Below the pieces are notes generated by a model that worked only from the letters and a program-made list of their open reading frames with translations, was not told the DNA's origin and ran no database searches. Below are positions 1-8,848 of a stretch of DNA of 37,556 nt, one piece after another; the stretch's first letter is position 1, and every line of letters starts with the position of its first letter. Where the stretch lies: the sequence record DRR723986_20371; one strand, given 5' to 3'. The position numbers and the translations under genes were made by a program.

Positions 1-1368
1 ACGCATTGCCGTAAAGGCTTCGTGACCTGGTGTATCTAAAAATGCTATTTTTTGACCACTGTCTAGTTCAACACCATAAGCACCAATATGCTGTGTAATT
101 CCGCCAGACTCACCTGCAATTACATTTTCCTTACGGATGTAATCTAACAAGGACGTTTTACCATGATCTACGTGACCCATAACAGTTACGATAGGTGCAC
201 GTGGTTTTAGATCTTTAGGATCATCAACAACATCCTCAATTGCCTCTTCTATATCTGCAGTAATAAACTCCACATCATAACCAAACTCTTCAGCTACAAT
301 AGTTAATGTTTCTGCATCGAGTCTCTGGTTCATGGTAACCATCATACCTAAGGACATACATGCCGAAATAATTTCAGTAACTCCAACATCCATCATCGTT
401 GCTACTTCACTAACTGTAACAAATTCAGTTACTTTTAGAGTTTTACTTTCAGCCGCTGCAATTTCTTGATCAATTTCTGTCTGTTGACGGTGTTGATCTC
501 TTTTTTCTCTACGATATTTTGCGCCTTTTCCTTTATTAGACTTTCCTTGAAGTTTCTCTAAAGTCTCACGGATTTGCTTTTGCACCTCTTCTTCACTCGG
601 TTCTTCTTTAACCACTTTTGGTCTAGAATCTCTACCTTTTTGACCTCTTCTATTATCGTAATTTGGTTTACCAGAGTCGGCACCACCTTTACTAATTCGT
701 CTTCTTTTACGCTTATTAGTATTTGAATCTGCCGCTGGCTTATCTTCCTTCTTTTTTTTAGGCTTATTAAATTGAGATAAGTCAATTTTCTTCCCAGTAG
801 CTGTAGGACCAGATAATTTTTGATATTGAGTTTTCAATTTTTCATCTGCAGGCTCAGCCGGTTCTTCTTTAACTTCTGGTTTTTTAACCTCTTTTTTCTC
901 TACCTTTTTTTCCTCTGTTTTTGGCTTGGCAACTTTCTTTTCTGGCTCAACTTCCTTTTTAACCTCTTTTTTAACTTTTGGCTTTTCTGGTTTAGCCTCT
1001 TCTACTTTTTTAGCTTTTGGCTTATCTAACTCGATTTTACCAATTTGCTTTGGCCCACTTAAATCAGCCTTTGCCTTAACTACATTTTCTTTAGCGGCTT
1101 CTTTCTTTTCTTTTTCTTCAATTTCGCGTTCGCGCTTTTCGCGAAGTTCCTCTTTTTCTTTGAGTTTTGCTTCACTTACTTCTTGAGCCTTTTCACGCTT
1201 AGTTGCATCCGTCTGAAATTCATCAGACAGCGTGTCATAAACCTCTTGCGAAATTTTAGTATTTGGACTTTTCTCAATTTCGATTCCTTTAGACTCTAAA
1301 AAGTCTACAGCTCGATCTAATGAGATGTTGAGTTCCCTTAATACTTTATTAATTCTAATTTGAGCCAT
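1..1368 (-). CDS. infB: Translation initiation factor IF-2, 5' part (runs off left edge)
   Basis: Hand translation from ATG at 1368 gives [21 protein letters not shown], a K/E-rich linker, then [18 protein letters not shown] (G1), [10 protein letters not shown] and [14 protein letters not shown] at the edge. Lies downstream of nusA. Absent from the ORF track, probably because it has no stop in the window. Confidence 0.97.
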   Translation of the reverse strand, partial: MAQIRINKVLRELNISLDRAVDFLESKGIEIEKSPNTKISQEVYDTLSDEFQTDATKREKAQEVSEAKLKEKEELREKREREIEEKEKKEAAKENVVKAKADLSGPKQIGKIELDKPKAKKVEEAKPEKPKVKKEVKKEVEPEKKVAKPKTEEKKVEKKEVKKPEVKEEPAEPADEKLKTQYQKLSGPTATGKKIDLSQFNKPKKKKEDKPAADSNTNKRKRRRISKGGADSGKPNYDNRRGQKGRDSRPKVVKEEPSEEEVQKQIRETLEKLQGKSNKGKGAKYRREKRDQHRQQTEIDQEIAAAESKTLKVTEFVTVSEVATMMDVGVTEIISACMSLGMMVTMNQRLDAETLTIVAEEFGYDVEFITADIEEAIEDVVDDPKDLKPRAPIVTVMGHVDHGKTSLLDYIRKENVIAGESGGITQHIGAYGVELDSGQKIAFLDTPGHEAFTAMR

Positions 1369-1440
1369 AAATTGCCTGTAATATACTTAAATCTGTTTTA
1401 TATCAATCTAACTTCATATTATTTTAAAGCTAAACTGGTA

Positions 1441-2673
1441 TTAGTCTTCAAACTCTTCTTTAAGAATTCTAATAACTTCTAATATTGTTTCTTCTTCTAG
1501 ATCAGTACGTTTCACTAAATCTTCTACGTCTTGTTCTAAAATGCTTTTTGCAGTATCTAAACCTGCCTTACTAAATTCATCAATAATCCATCCTTCAATT
1601 TCATCTGAGAATTCTTTTAATTCTACATCCTCTTCAGCTCCTTCTCTAAATACATCAATTTCAAAACCTGTCAATTGCCCAGCTAATCTAATATTGTGAC
1701 CACCTCTACCAATTGCTTTTGAAACCTCCTCTGGCTTAAGTAAAACTTCTGCCCTCATGTTTTCTTCATCTAATTTTAGAGATGTTACTCTTGCCGGGCT
1801 TAATGCTCTGGTTACAAATAACTGAACATTGTTAGTGTAATTTATTACATCGATATTTTCATTACCCAATTCTCTAACAATTCCATGAATTCTAGATCCT
1901 TTCATCCCTACACATGCTCCTACCGGATCAATTCTATCATCATAAGAATCTACAGCAACTTTAGCCTTCTCTCCTGGAATACGAACTACCTTTTTAACTG
2001 TAATTAAACCGTCAAATACTTCAGGTATTTCTTGTTCAAATAATTTTTCTAAGAACAATGGTGATGTTCTAGACATAATTATTGCTGGCTTACTTCCTTT
2101 TAATTCAACACTTTCAATAATTCCTCTTACATTTTCACCTTTTCTAAAGAAATCTGAAGGAATTTGCCTGTCTTTTGGTAAAATTATTTCATTACCATCA
2201 TCATCTAACAAAATAATCGCTCTATGACGAATATGATGTACTTCTGCAGTATATATTTCACCTTCTAATTCCTTAAACTGCTTGTATATATTAGTATTAT
2301 CGTGTTCGTGAATTTTTGAAATCAAATTCTGTCTTAATGCTAAGATAGATCGTCTTCCCAAATCTACTAATTTCACTTCTTCTGCAACGTCTTCACCAAC
2401 TTCAAAATCTGGTTCAATCTTCTGTGCTTCAGATAATTCTATTTCTTGATTTGGTTCTTCAACCTCACCATTAGCGACAACAATACGGTTTCTCCAAATC
2501 TCTAAATCTCCTTTATCTGGATTTATAATAATATCAAAGTTATCGTCATCACCATACTTCTTCTTCAATGCATTACGTAATACATCTTCTAGAATCGCCA
2601 TCAGCGTAACTCTATCTATTAATTTATCGTCTTTAAATTCTGAAAATGATTCAATTAACGCTACATTTTCCAT
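1441..2673 (-). CDS. nusA: Transcription termination/antitermination factor NusA
   Basis: S1 and KH motifs (RIPGEKAKVAV, IDPVGACVGMKGSRI, AIGRGGHNIRLA); rimP-nusA-infB order. Confidence 0.98.
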   Translation of the reverse strand: MENVALIESFSEFKDDKLIDRVTLMAILEDVLRNALKKKYGDDDNFDIIINPDKGDLEIWRNRIVVANGEVEEPNQEIELSEAQKIEPDFEVGEDVAEEVKLVDLGRRSILALRQNLISKIHEHDNTNIYKQFKELEGEIYTAEVHHIRHRAIILLDDDGNEIILPKDRQIPSDFFRKGENVRGIIESVELKGSKPAIIMSRTSPLFLEKLFEQEIPEVFDGLITVKKVVRIPGEKAKVAVDSYDDRIDPVGACVGMKGSRIHGIVRELGNENIDVINYTNNVQLFVTRALSPARVTSLKLDEENMRAEVLLKPEEVSKAIGRGGHNIRLAGQLTGFEIDVFREGAEEDVELKEFSDEIEGWIIDEFSKAGLDTAKSILEQDVEDLVKRTDLEEETILEVIRILKEEFED

Positions 2674-2685
2674 AATTGATGTGAA

Positions 2686-3150
2686 TTAAAATTTTATCTT
2701 AACTTTTGCTTCTTTAATATCGTTAAAAGCAACGTTGGCCTCTTTGGTTACTGTTACTTTTCCTTTTCCTACAGGCTTTGGTTCTCTAGTTTTCCACTTT
2801 AAAACCACACCTTGTTCGTTAACTTCTTTAAGTTCTCCTTCTATGTTTTGACTATCAGTGGTCTTTACTTCTAAATTGCGACCAATATGTTTGTTATATT
2901 GTCTTTGTAAAATCAATGGTGCTGTAGCACCAGACGACAGAACTTCTAGAGAAAAATCGTGTTCATCTCTATCTAAATTGTGCTCAATAGCTCTGCTAAC
3001 AAACATACAATCCTCTACCAAGACTCCATTATCACCATCTATTACAACCTTTATAGCGTTGTCTGCCGCCACTGAAAAATCTATTAAAAATAAATCTGAT
3101 CTTTCAGTTAAGGCATTCTGTAATAAATCTTCTACCGTTTTCTTAAACAT
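2686..3150 (-). CDS. rimP: Ribosome maturation factor RimP
   Basis: IDGDNGV..DC...SRAIE and FSLEVLSSG motifs; directly upstream of nusA. Confidence 0.95.
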   Translation of the reverse strand: MFKKTVEDLLQNALTERSDLFLIDFSVAADNAIKVVIDGDNGVLVEDCMFVSRAIEHNLDRDEHDFSLEVLSSGATAPLILQRQYNKHIGRNLEVKTTDSQNIEGELKEVNEQGVVLKWKTREPKPVGKGKVTVTKEANVAFNDIKEAKVKIKF

Positions 3151-3160
3151 TTCTTGATAT

Positions 3161-3186
3161 AAAAAGAGAGGACTTTTCGTCCTCTC
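3161..3186 (-). promoter_or_regulatory. rimP leader: terminator-like hairpin (candidate attenuator)
   Basis: Minus strand GAGAGGAC-GAAAA-GTCCTCTC-TTTTT ends 10 nt before the rimP ATG and lies downstream of the predicted promoter. Confidence 0.7.
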
Positions 3187-3214
3187 GTCTATTTATTTTT
3201 CGTAAACAACGCTG

Positions 3215-3222
3215 CAAATATA
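3215..3222 (-). promoter_or_regulatory. Bacteroidota primary-sigma -7 box for the rimP operon
   Basis: TATATTTG on the minus strand matches TAnnTTTG; TTG lies about 21 nt further upstream. Confidence 0.65.
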
Positions 3223-3306
3223 CAATATTTAAATTAATTTTCCCAAGGGTATTTAAGTGGATTTATTTTCCTAATTTTATGAAACTAACAAAAAATCAAA
3301 ACCATA

Positions 3307-4131
3307 ATGAATAGAATCTTAGTTCCTACAGATTTTTCTGAACAAGCAGATAATGCGTTAAGAGTCTCTGCTATGCTTGCCAAAAAACACAACGCAGAGA
3401 TTTACCTTTTACACATGATGGAAATCCCAATGCAACAAATAGATCCTATTAATGCACATAGTGATGTTCCTGAAGCATTGTTTTTCATGAAGCTTGCCCA
3501 CAAGAAATTTGAGGATCTTATGGAAAGTGATTTTTTAAAAGGAATTACCGTGCATGAAACAGTTAAAGCGGATATCACATTTAATGAGATTAAAGACGCA
3601 TGTAAAGAATTTGACATTGATCTCATTGTAATGGGTTCTCACGGTGCTTCTGGAATTAAAGAAATGTTTGTGGGCTCTAACGCAGAAAAGGTAGTAAGAA
3701 CATCTGATGTACCAGTATTGGTTATTAAAAATGAACATGAGAATTTTAGTATTAAAAATTTCGTTTTCGCTTCTGATTTTAAAAATGATAATAAAGAAAC
3801 CTACAGACAGGCTGTAGAATTTGCGAAACTTTTAGATGCAAAAATTCATTTATTGATGGTAAATACTGCCAATAATTTTATTACAACCTACGATGCCAGA
3901 ACTCGAATCACCGATTTTATTTCTGGACAAACTTTTGAAAATTACACCATTAACATCCATAATGATTCTAGTGTTGAGGAAGGTATTTTAAACTTCTCAC
4001 AAGAAATAGATGCAGACTTAATTGGCATAAGTACTCATGGCAGACAAGGTATTGCACATTTCTTTAACAGTAGTATTAGTGAAGATTTAGTAAATCATGC
4101 AAAAAGACCAGTGATTACTTTTAAAATATAA
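3307..4131 (+). CDS. Universal stress protein (two Usp domains)
   Basis: RILVPTDFS, DLIVMGSHG...FVGSNAEKVVR..DVPVLVIK; second domain DLIGISTHGR...PVITFK. Confidence 0.93.
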   Translation: MNRILVPTDFSEQADNALRVSAMLAKKHNAEIYLLHMMEIPMQQIDPINAHSDVPEALFFMKLAHKKFEDLMESDFLKGITVHETVKADITFNEIKDACKEFDIDLIVMGSHGASGIKEMFVGSNAEKVVRTSDVPVLVIKNEHENFSIKNFVFASDFKNDNKETYRQAVEFAKLLDAKIHLLMVNTANNFITTYDARTRITDFISGQTFENYTINIHNDSSVEEGILNFSQEIDADLIGISTHGRQGIAHFFNSSISEDLVNHAKRPVITFKI

Positions 4132-4148
4132 TAGACATTTAAAGGCAT

Positions 4149-4183
4149 AAAAAAATCCTAATCGTAAATGATTAGGATTTTTT
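4149..4183. terminator. Bidirectional intrinsic terminator between the usp gene and tRNA-Gln
   Basis: AAAAAAA-TCCTAATC-gtaaat-GATTAGGA-TTTTTT between convergent genes. Confidence 0.85.
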
Positions 4184-4184
4184 G

Positions 4185-4257
4185 TTGGCCTACTAGGGCT
4201 CGAACCTAGACTCTTCTGGACCAAAACCAGACGTGTTGCCAGTTACACCATAGGCCA
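4185..4257 (-). tRNA. tRNA-Gln (anticodon UUG), CCA not encoded
   Basis: Acceptor stem TGGCCTA/TAGGCCA; D arm GTGTAACTGGCAACAC; anticodon arm TCTGG-TT-TTG-GT-CCAGA; T arm CTAGG-TTCGAGC-CCTAG. Confidence 0.97.
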
Positions 4258-4275
4258 ATCTCTTAAATGAGGGTG

Positions 4276-4306
4276 CAAATTTATAACAAAGTTTGTCTTG
4301 GACAAA
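4276..4306 (-). promoter_or_regulatory. Promoter of tRNA-Gln (-33 TTTG / -7 TAAATTTG)
   Basis: Minus-strand TTTG at 4303-4306, 19-nt spacer, TAAATTTG at 4276-4283. Confidence 0.75.
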
Positions 4307-4408
4307 AAAAATCTGAAAAAATAATTCATTTTACTTAACGTTAACTTAAAAACTTAGGCATTCTAGTAATAATTAGTAAATTCGCCTGCACTAATACAAT
4401 GGGTTTTT

Positions 4409-7400
4409 ATGACAGATTTTAACTTCAAAAAGTGGAATAATATACTAGCTTGGGCTGCATTTGCAATTGCTTTTGTAGTTTATGCATTAACTATTGAACC
4501 AACTGTTAGTTTTTGGGATGCGGGTGAATATATATTAACCTCATCAAAATTACAGGTTGGTCATCCGCCAGGAGCACCGTTATTTCAAATGTTTGGTGCA
4601 TTCTTTTCCATGTTCGCTTTGGAGCCATCTCAAATAGGTGCAATTATGAATATGATGAGTGGTGTAGCAAGTGCCTTTACCATATTATTCATGTTTTGGA
4701 CCATTAGTATGTTATTAAAAAAACTAGTAAAGTATGATAAAGACTCAAATCCGGAAAAGGGAATTGCTATATTAGGTAGTGCATTTGTTGGTAGTGTTGC
4801 TTTTACGTTTACAGATTCGTTCTGGTTTAATGCTGTTGAGACCGAAGTATATGCAATGGCAACCCTTATTATGGCTATTATGTTTTATTTGGCACTACGC
4901 TGGGAACAAGATATGGGTAAACCTCGTGGTAATCGCTGGTTAATTCTTATTGCCTTTGTTATTGGTTTATCTTTTGGAGTTCACTTTATGGGACTACTAA
5001 CCATACCTGCAATTGGTTTAATTTATTACTTTAAAAATTACAAAACCATAACGGTTAAAAATTTTATTATTGCCAACATTGCATCCGCAGCAGTACTGCT
5101 GTTTATTTTTAAATTACTCTTACCATCTACTCTTAAACTCTTTGGTTATTTAGAAGTGTTTTTTGTGAATTCTATTAGCTTACCTTTTAATTCTGGTACA
5201 ATCATTACAGGCTTGATGGTCATTGCTCTTTTTTACTATGGCTTAAACTATACAAGAAAAAAAGGCCTGCAACACGCTAATACCTTAGTGCTTTGTTTAA
5301 TGTTTATATTCATAGGTTTTTCATCTTGGATGATGCTACCTATTAGAGCAAATGCTAATGTTATTATTAATGAAAATGATCCGTCTGATGCCAGAGAACT
5401 TTTGGCTTATTACAACTTAGAACAATATCCTGAGACCCATTTATTCTATGGTCCACAGTTTACTGAAATGTATTCAGGAGCAGATAAAGATGAACCCTAC
5501 ATAGATGACAAAAAGAATTACGAACGCGATGAAAAATCGGGGAAATATGTAGTTATAAATGACTGGGAAGGAAGTAAACAAAATTATAATCACGAGCATG
5601 CTGCGATATTACCTAGAATGTGGAGTAGTGAACACGCTGAAAACTATATGATGTTTACAGGTTTGATAGAGTTTAAGGTAAATCCAAGTTTTCAAACCAA
5701 AATATATAATGAAGCTTTAAATGCAGGCTTAACGGAAGAACAGGCTACACAGTATTCTATACAAGAAAAACGACAATTAGACCAAATTGTTTCTGACTTT
5801 AAGATGAGGGTTAAAAATGGCGAAATTGATTATGAAGATTATAATGATTTTTTGAGTCGTTACGGACAGCAATATCTAATCGTTGAGAAACCTTCTTCTG
5901 TTGATAATATTATGTACATGCTACAGTATCAGTTTGGTTACATGTACTGGCGCTATTTTATGTGGAATTTCACCGGTAGACAAAATGATATTCAAGGAAA
6001 ATACGATGACTTTAATGGTAATTGGATATCTGGGATAAAATTTATTGACGAAATGCATCTTGGAATGTCTCAAGACAATCTACCGTCTGATGTTTTGGAA
6101 AACAAAGCCAGAAACACTTATTATTTCTTACCTCTTCTTTTAGGGTTAGTAGGATTCTTCTTTTTACTGAATGCTGATAAAAAACGATTCTGGGTATTAC
6201 TAGTCTTTTTCCTATTAACAGGTTTAGCTATTCAATTTTACACTAACGTTAGACCGTTTGAACCAAGAGAACGAGACTATTCTGTTGTAGGATCATTTTA
6301 TGTGTTTGCTATTTGGATAGGATTTGGGGTTTATGCTATCTATAATTTATTAAGTACAACTGTAAAATCTAAATGGCTAGCACCAATGATAACCTTTGCT
6401 TGTATAATTATTGTGCCAGGTATCTTAGCTGCTAACAATTGGGATGACCATGATAGATCAGGGAAATATACTGCCAATTCTATGGCAAGAAAATATTTAG
6501 AATCTTGTGCACCTAACTCTATACTATTTACAATTGGCGATAATGACTCCTTTCCTCTTTGGTATTTACAAGAAATTGAGGGTGTGCGTACTGATGTTAG
6601 AGTAGTGAACACCAGCCTATTTCAAACAGATTGGTATATCGACCAAATGAAGCATAAAGCTTATGAGAGTGATCCAATTCCGTCACAACTAACCCATGAA
6701 CAATACAGAGGAGGAACCAGAGATGTAATTATTCGTAGAGAAATTACAAAAGACACTCTGCCCATAAAGGATTTTATGGATTTTGTTTCAAGTGATCGAC
6801 CGACGACTAAACTTCGCTTCGTAGCCGAAAAGCAAGGTGAAGATTTAAGACAATATCCTAATCATTTATTGAACTCAAATTATTTCCCAACAAGACATAT
6901 CAGCATACCTGTTAATAAGGAGATGGTGTTAAAAAATGGAATTGTAAAACCTAAAGATGCAGACAAAATAGAAGACAATTTATATGCAGAAATTAATGGT
7001 AGTTACATTTATAAAAACCGACTTCTAATGCTAGATATAATTGCAAACAATAATTGGGAACGCCCTATTTATTTTTCTGGTGGTGCTTTTGGTGCAGACG
7101 ATTATGTTTGGCTTAAAGATTATCTGCAATTAGATGGCATGTGTTATAAACTAGTACCAATAAAAACTCTGGTTGACAGAGCAAATCCATATGATATGGG
7201 AAGAGTTGATCCTGATTTAATGTATGATATGGTTAAAAAATGGGATTGGGGCGGAAGCGGACAAGACATTTATCATGATATTGAAACTAGAAGAAATGGC
7301 ATAACATACAGAGGAAATTTAGCACGATTAATTGAACAATTAATAAACGAAGACAAGCTTGATAAAGCAGAAGAGATTGCTGATTTGGCAATTGAAAAAA

Positions 7401-7795
7401 TGCCAGTAGATACTTTTGGCTTCTATTCTCTATTAGAACCTTATATCAGTGCTTATTACGAAATAGGTAATATTGAAAAAGGAAGAGCACTATATATGGA
7501 TGTAGTTAAAAAGTATCAAGAAAATCTATTGTATTATAGTAGTCTGACCTTAGAAAACCAAGAACGTAAAGTTGGTGAAGATATATATCTCGATATACAA
7601 CGTTATAGAGCTCTTGTAGATATTTTAGTGATATATAATGACAAGGACTTTGCAATGGAAGAAACAAAAAAGTTCAATAGTTACCTTGCTCTTTTTGAAG
7701 AGTTAATGAATCGCTACAGTGATGACATACCTACTGATATAGATCTGCAAGAAACTGCCAAGGATACCATTAAATCCATCAGTCCAAAAGAGTAA
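4409..7795 (+). CDS. DUF2723 / TMEM260-like multi-pass membrane glycosyltransferase (GT-C fold)
   Basis: N-terminal SFWDAGEY...VGHPPGAP, SFWFNAVETEVY, GVH, RERDY and FTIGDNDSFPLWY motifs; many TM helices; helical C-terminal domain. Confidence 0.85.
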   Translation: MTDFNFKKWNNILAWAAFAIAFVVYALTIEPTVSFWDAGEYILTSSKLQVGHPPGAPLFQMFGAFFSMFALEPSQIGAIMNMMSGVASAFTILFMFWTISMLLKKLVKYDKDSNPEKGIAILGSAFVGSVAFTFTDSFWFNAVETEVYAMATLIMAIMFYLALRWEQDMGKPRGNRWLILIAFVIGLSFGVHFMGLLTIPAIGLIYYFKNYKTITVKNFIIANIASAAVLLFIFKLLLPSTLKLFGYLEVFFVNSISLPFNSGTIITGLMVIALFYYGLNYTRKKGLQHANTLVLCLMFIFIGFSSWMMLPIRANANVIINENDPSDARELLAYYNLEQYPETHLFYGPQFTEMYSGADKDEPYIDDKKNYERDEKSGKYVVINDWEGSKQNYNHEHAAILPRMWSSEHAENYMMFTGLIEFKVNPSFQTKIYNEALNAGLTEEQATQYSIQEKRQLDQIVSDFKMRVKNGEIDYEDYNDFLSRYGQQYLIVEKPSSVDNIMYMLQYQFGYMYWRYFMWNFTGRQNDIQGKYDDFNGNWISGIKFIDEMHLGMSQDNLPSDVLENKARNTYYFLPLLLGLVGFFFLLNADKKRFWVLLVFFLLTGLAIQFYTNVRPFEPRERDYSVVGSFYVFAIWIGFGVYAIYNLLSTTVKSKWLAPMITFACIIIVPGILAANNWDDHDRSGKYTANSMARKYLESCAPNSILFTIGDNDSFPLWYLQEIEGVRTDVRVVNTSLFQTDWYIDQMKHKAYESDPIPSQLTHEQYRGGTRDVIIRREITKDTLPIKDFMDFVSSDRPTTKLRFVAEKQGEDLRQYPNHLLNSNYFPTRHISIPVNKEMVLKNGIVKPKDADKIEDNLYAEINGSYIYKNRLLMLDIIANNNWERPIYFSGGAFGADDYVWLKDYLQLDGMCYKLVPIKTLVDRANPYDMGRVDPDLMYDMVKKWDWGGSGQDIYHDIETRRNGITYRGNLARLIEQLINEDKLDKAEEIADLAIEKMPVDTFGFYSLLEPYISAYYEIGNIEKGRALYMDVVKKYQENLLYYSSLTLENQERKVGEDIYLDIQRYRALVDILVIYNDKDFAMEETKKFNSYLALFEELMNRYSDDIPTDIDLQETAKDTIKSISPKE

Positions 7796-7800
7796 ATATT

Positions 7801-8448
7801 ATGAAATTAATTCCAGCCAAAACTCCTGGGTTTGTCAAGACGCTTTTTCCGAGTTTTGTCTGGAATATTGATACCGAACTCAAAGAACTTTATTTGACTT
7901 TTGATGATGGACCTACACCAGATATTACCAATTGGGTTCTTCAAACTTTAAGAGATTATAACGCCAAGGCAACATTCTTCTGCATTGGTAATAATATTGA
8001 AAAACATCCTGATATTTTTGAAAACATTTTAAAGGATAACCATTCAATTGGAAATCACACTTATTATCATTTAAAAGGCTGGAAACATAAAACTAAGGAT
8101 TATATTAATGATGTTTTAAAAACAAAATATTTAATTGATTCTATTCTTGATGAAGAAGGTGTTTCAAAAAAAATTCTTTTTAGGCCTCCGTATGGAAAGT
8201 TTAAAGTAAAACAGAGTAAACAGATTCAAGATTTGGGCTACAGCATAGTGCTCTGGGACGTATTATCCTATGATTGGGATAAAACCGTTAGTAAGGAGGA
8301 TTGCCTAAACAATGTTATTTCAGCAGCAAAAGAAGGTAGTATAATTGTATTTCATGACAGTATAAAAGCTTCTAAAAACTTAATATCGGTACTTCCTAAT
8401 GTTTTAAAATTTTATTCTGAAAAAGGATATGTGTTTAAAAGTCTTTAA
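7801..8448 (+). CDS. Polysaccharide deacetylase (CE4/NodB family)
   Basis: LTFDDGP, NHTYYH, FRPPYG, LWDV and IIVFHD motifs; no signal peptide visible. Confidence 0.92.
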   Translation: MKLIPAKTPGFVKTLFPSFVWNIDTELKELYLTFDDGPTPDITNWVLQTLRDYNAKATFFCIGNNIEKHPDIFENILKDNHSIGNHTYYHLKGWKHKTKDYINDVLKTKYLIDSILDEEGVSKKILFRPPYGKFKVKQSKQIQDLGYSIVLWDVLSYDWDKTVSKEDCLNNVISAAKEGSIIVFHDSIKASKNLISVLPNVLKFYSEKGYVFKSL

Positions 8449-8741
8449 ACATATTCTTGAATAATGTTTATTAACGAATTAGCATCTTGTTCTCCGCTAT
8501 GACGCCATTTCATTTCACCATTCTTGTATATAATAAGTGTAGGTAATCCTTTTACTCTGAGAGCTTCAGCAAGCTCTTTATTTTTATCAACATCAATTTT
8601 TATGACTTTTGCTTTATCGCCTAGAGCGGCAGCGACATCTCTAAGAACAGGATGCATAGCAACTGAAGATTCGTTCGATTCAGTATAGAAGTCTAATAGT
8701 ACCGGAATTTCGACATCTATTAATTCCCCAAATTTTGACAT
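8445..8741 (-). CDS. Thioredoxin-fold protein lacking the CxxC motif
   Basis: PVLLDFY, KVIKIDVDKN and VKGLPTLIIYKNG match thioredoxin; the WCGPC position reads SNESS; no Cys in the protein. Confidence 0.88.
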   Translation of the reverse strand: MSKFGELIDVEIPVLLDFYTESNESSVAMHPVLRDVAAALGDKAKVIKIDVDKNKELAEALRVKGLPTLIIYKNGEMKWRHSGEQDANSLINIIQEYV

Positions 8742-8770
8742 AGATTATAGTTTTAGTCAAACTTCATATA

Positions 8771-8778
8771 CAAACCTA
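8771..8778 (-). promoter_or_regulatory. -7 box for the thioredoxin-like gene
   Basis: TAGGTTTG on the minus strand, about 30 nt upstream of the ATG. Confidence 0.55.
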
Positions 8779-8848
8779 AGCAATATTTCAATAGAAAAAT
8801 TGTAGTATGTTAGTTATGAGTTACATAAAAATAAACAATTGTTTATAA

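Noticed and set aside
860-1180. Repetitive-looking T-rich sequence
   Set aside because: Encodes the low-complexity K/E/P linker of IF-2; not a DNA repeat array.
558-1186. ORFs 558-785 (-), 820-1029 (+) and 926-1186 (+)
   Set aside because: Shadows of infB. The Phe/Leu/Ser-rich translations are the antisense of its Lys/Glu-rich linker.
4185-4257. tRNA-Gln as an integration site
   Set aside because: No integrase nearby, and I saw no duplicate of the tRNA 3' end in the window.
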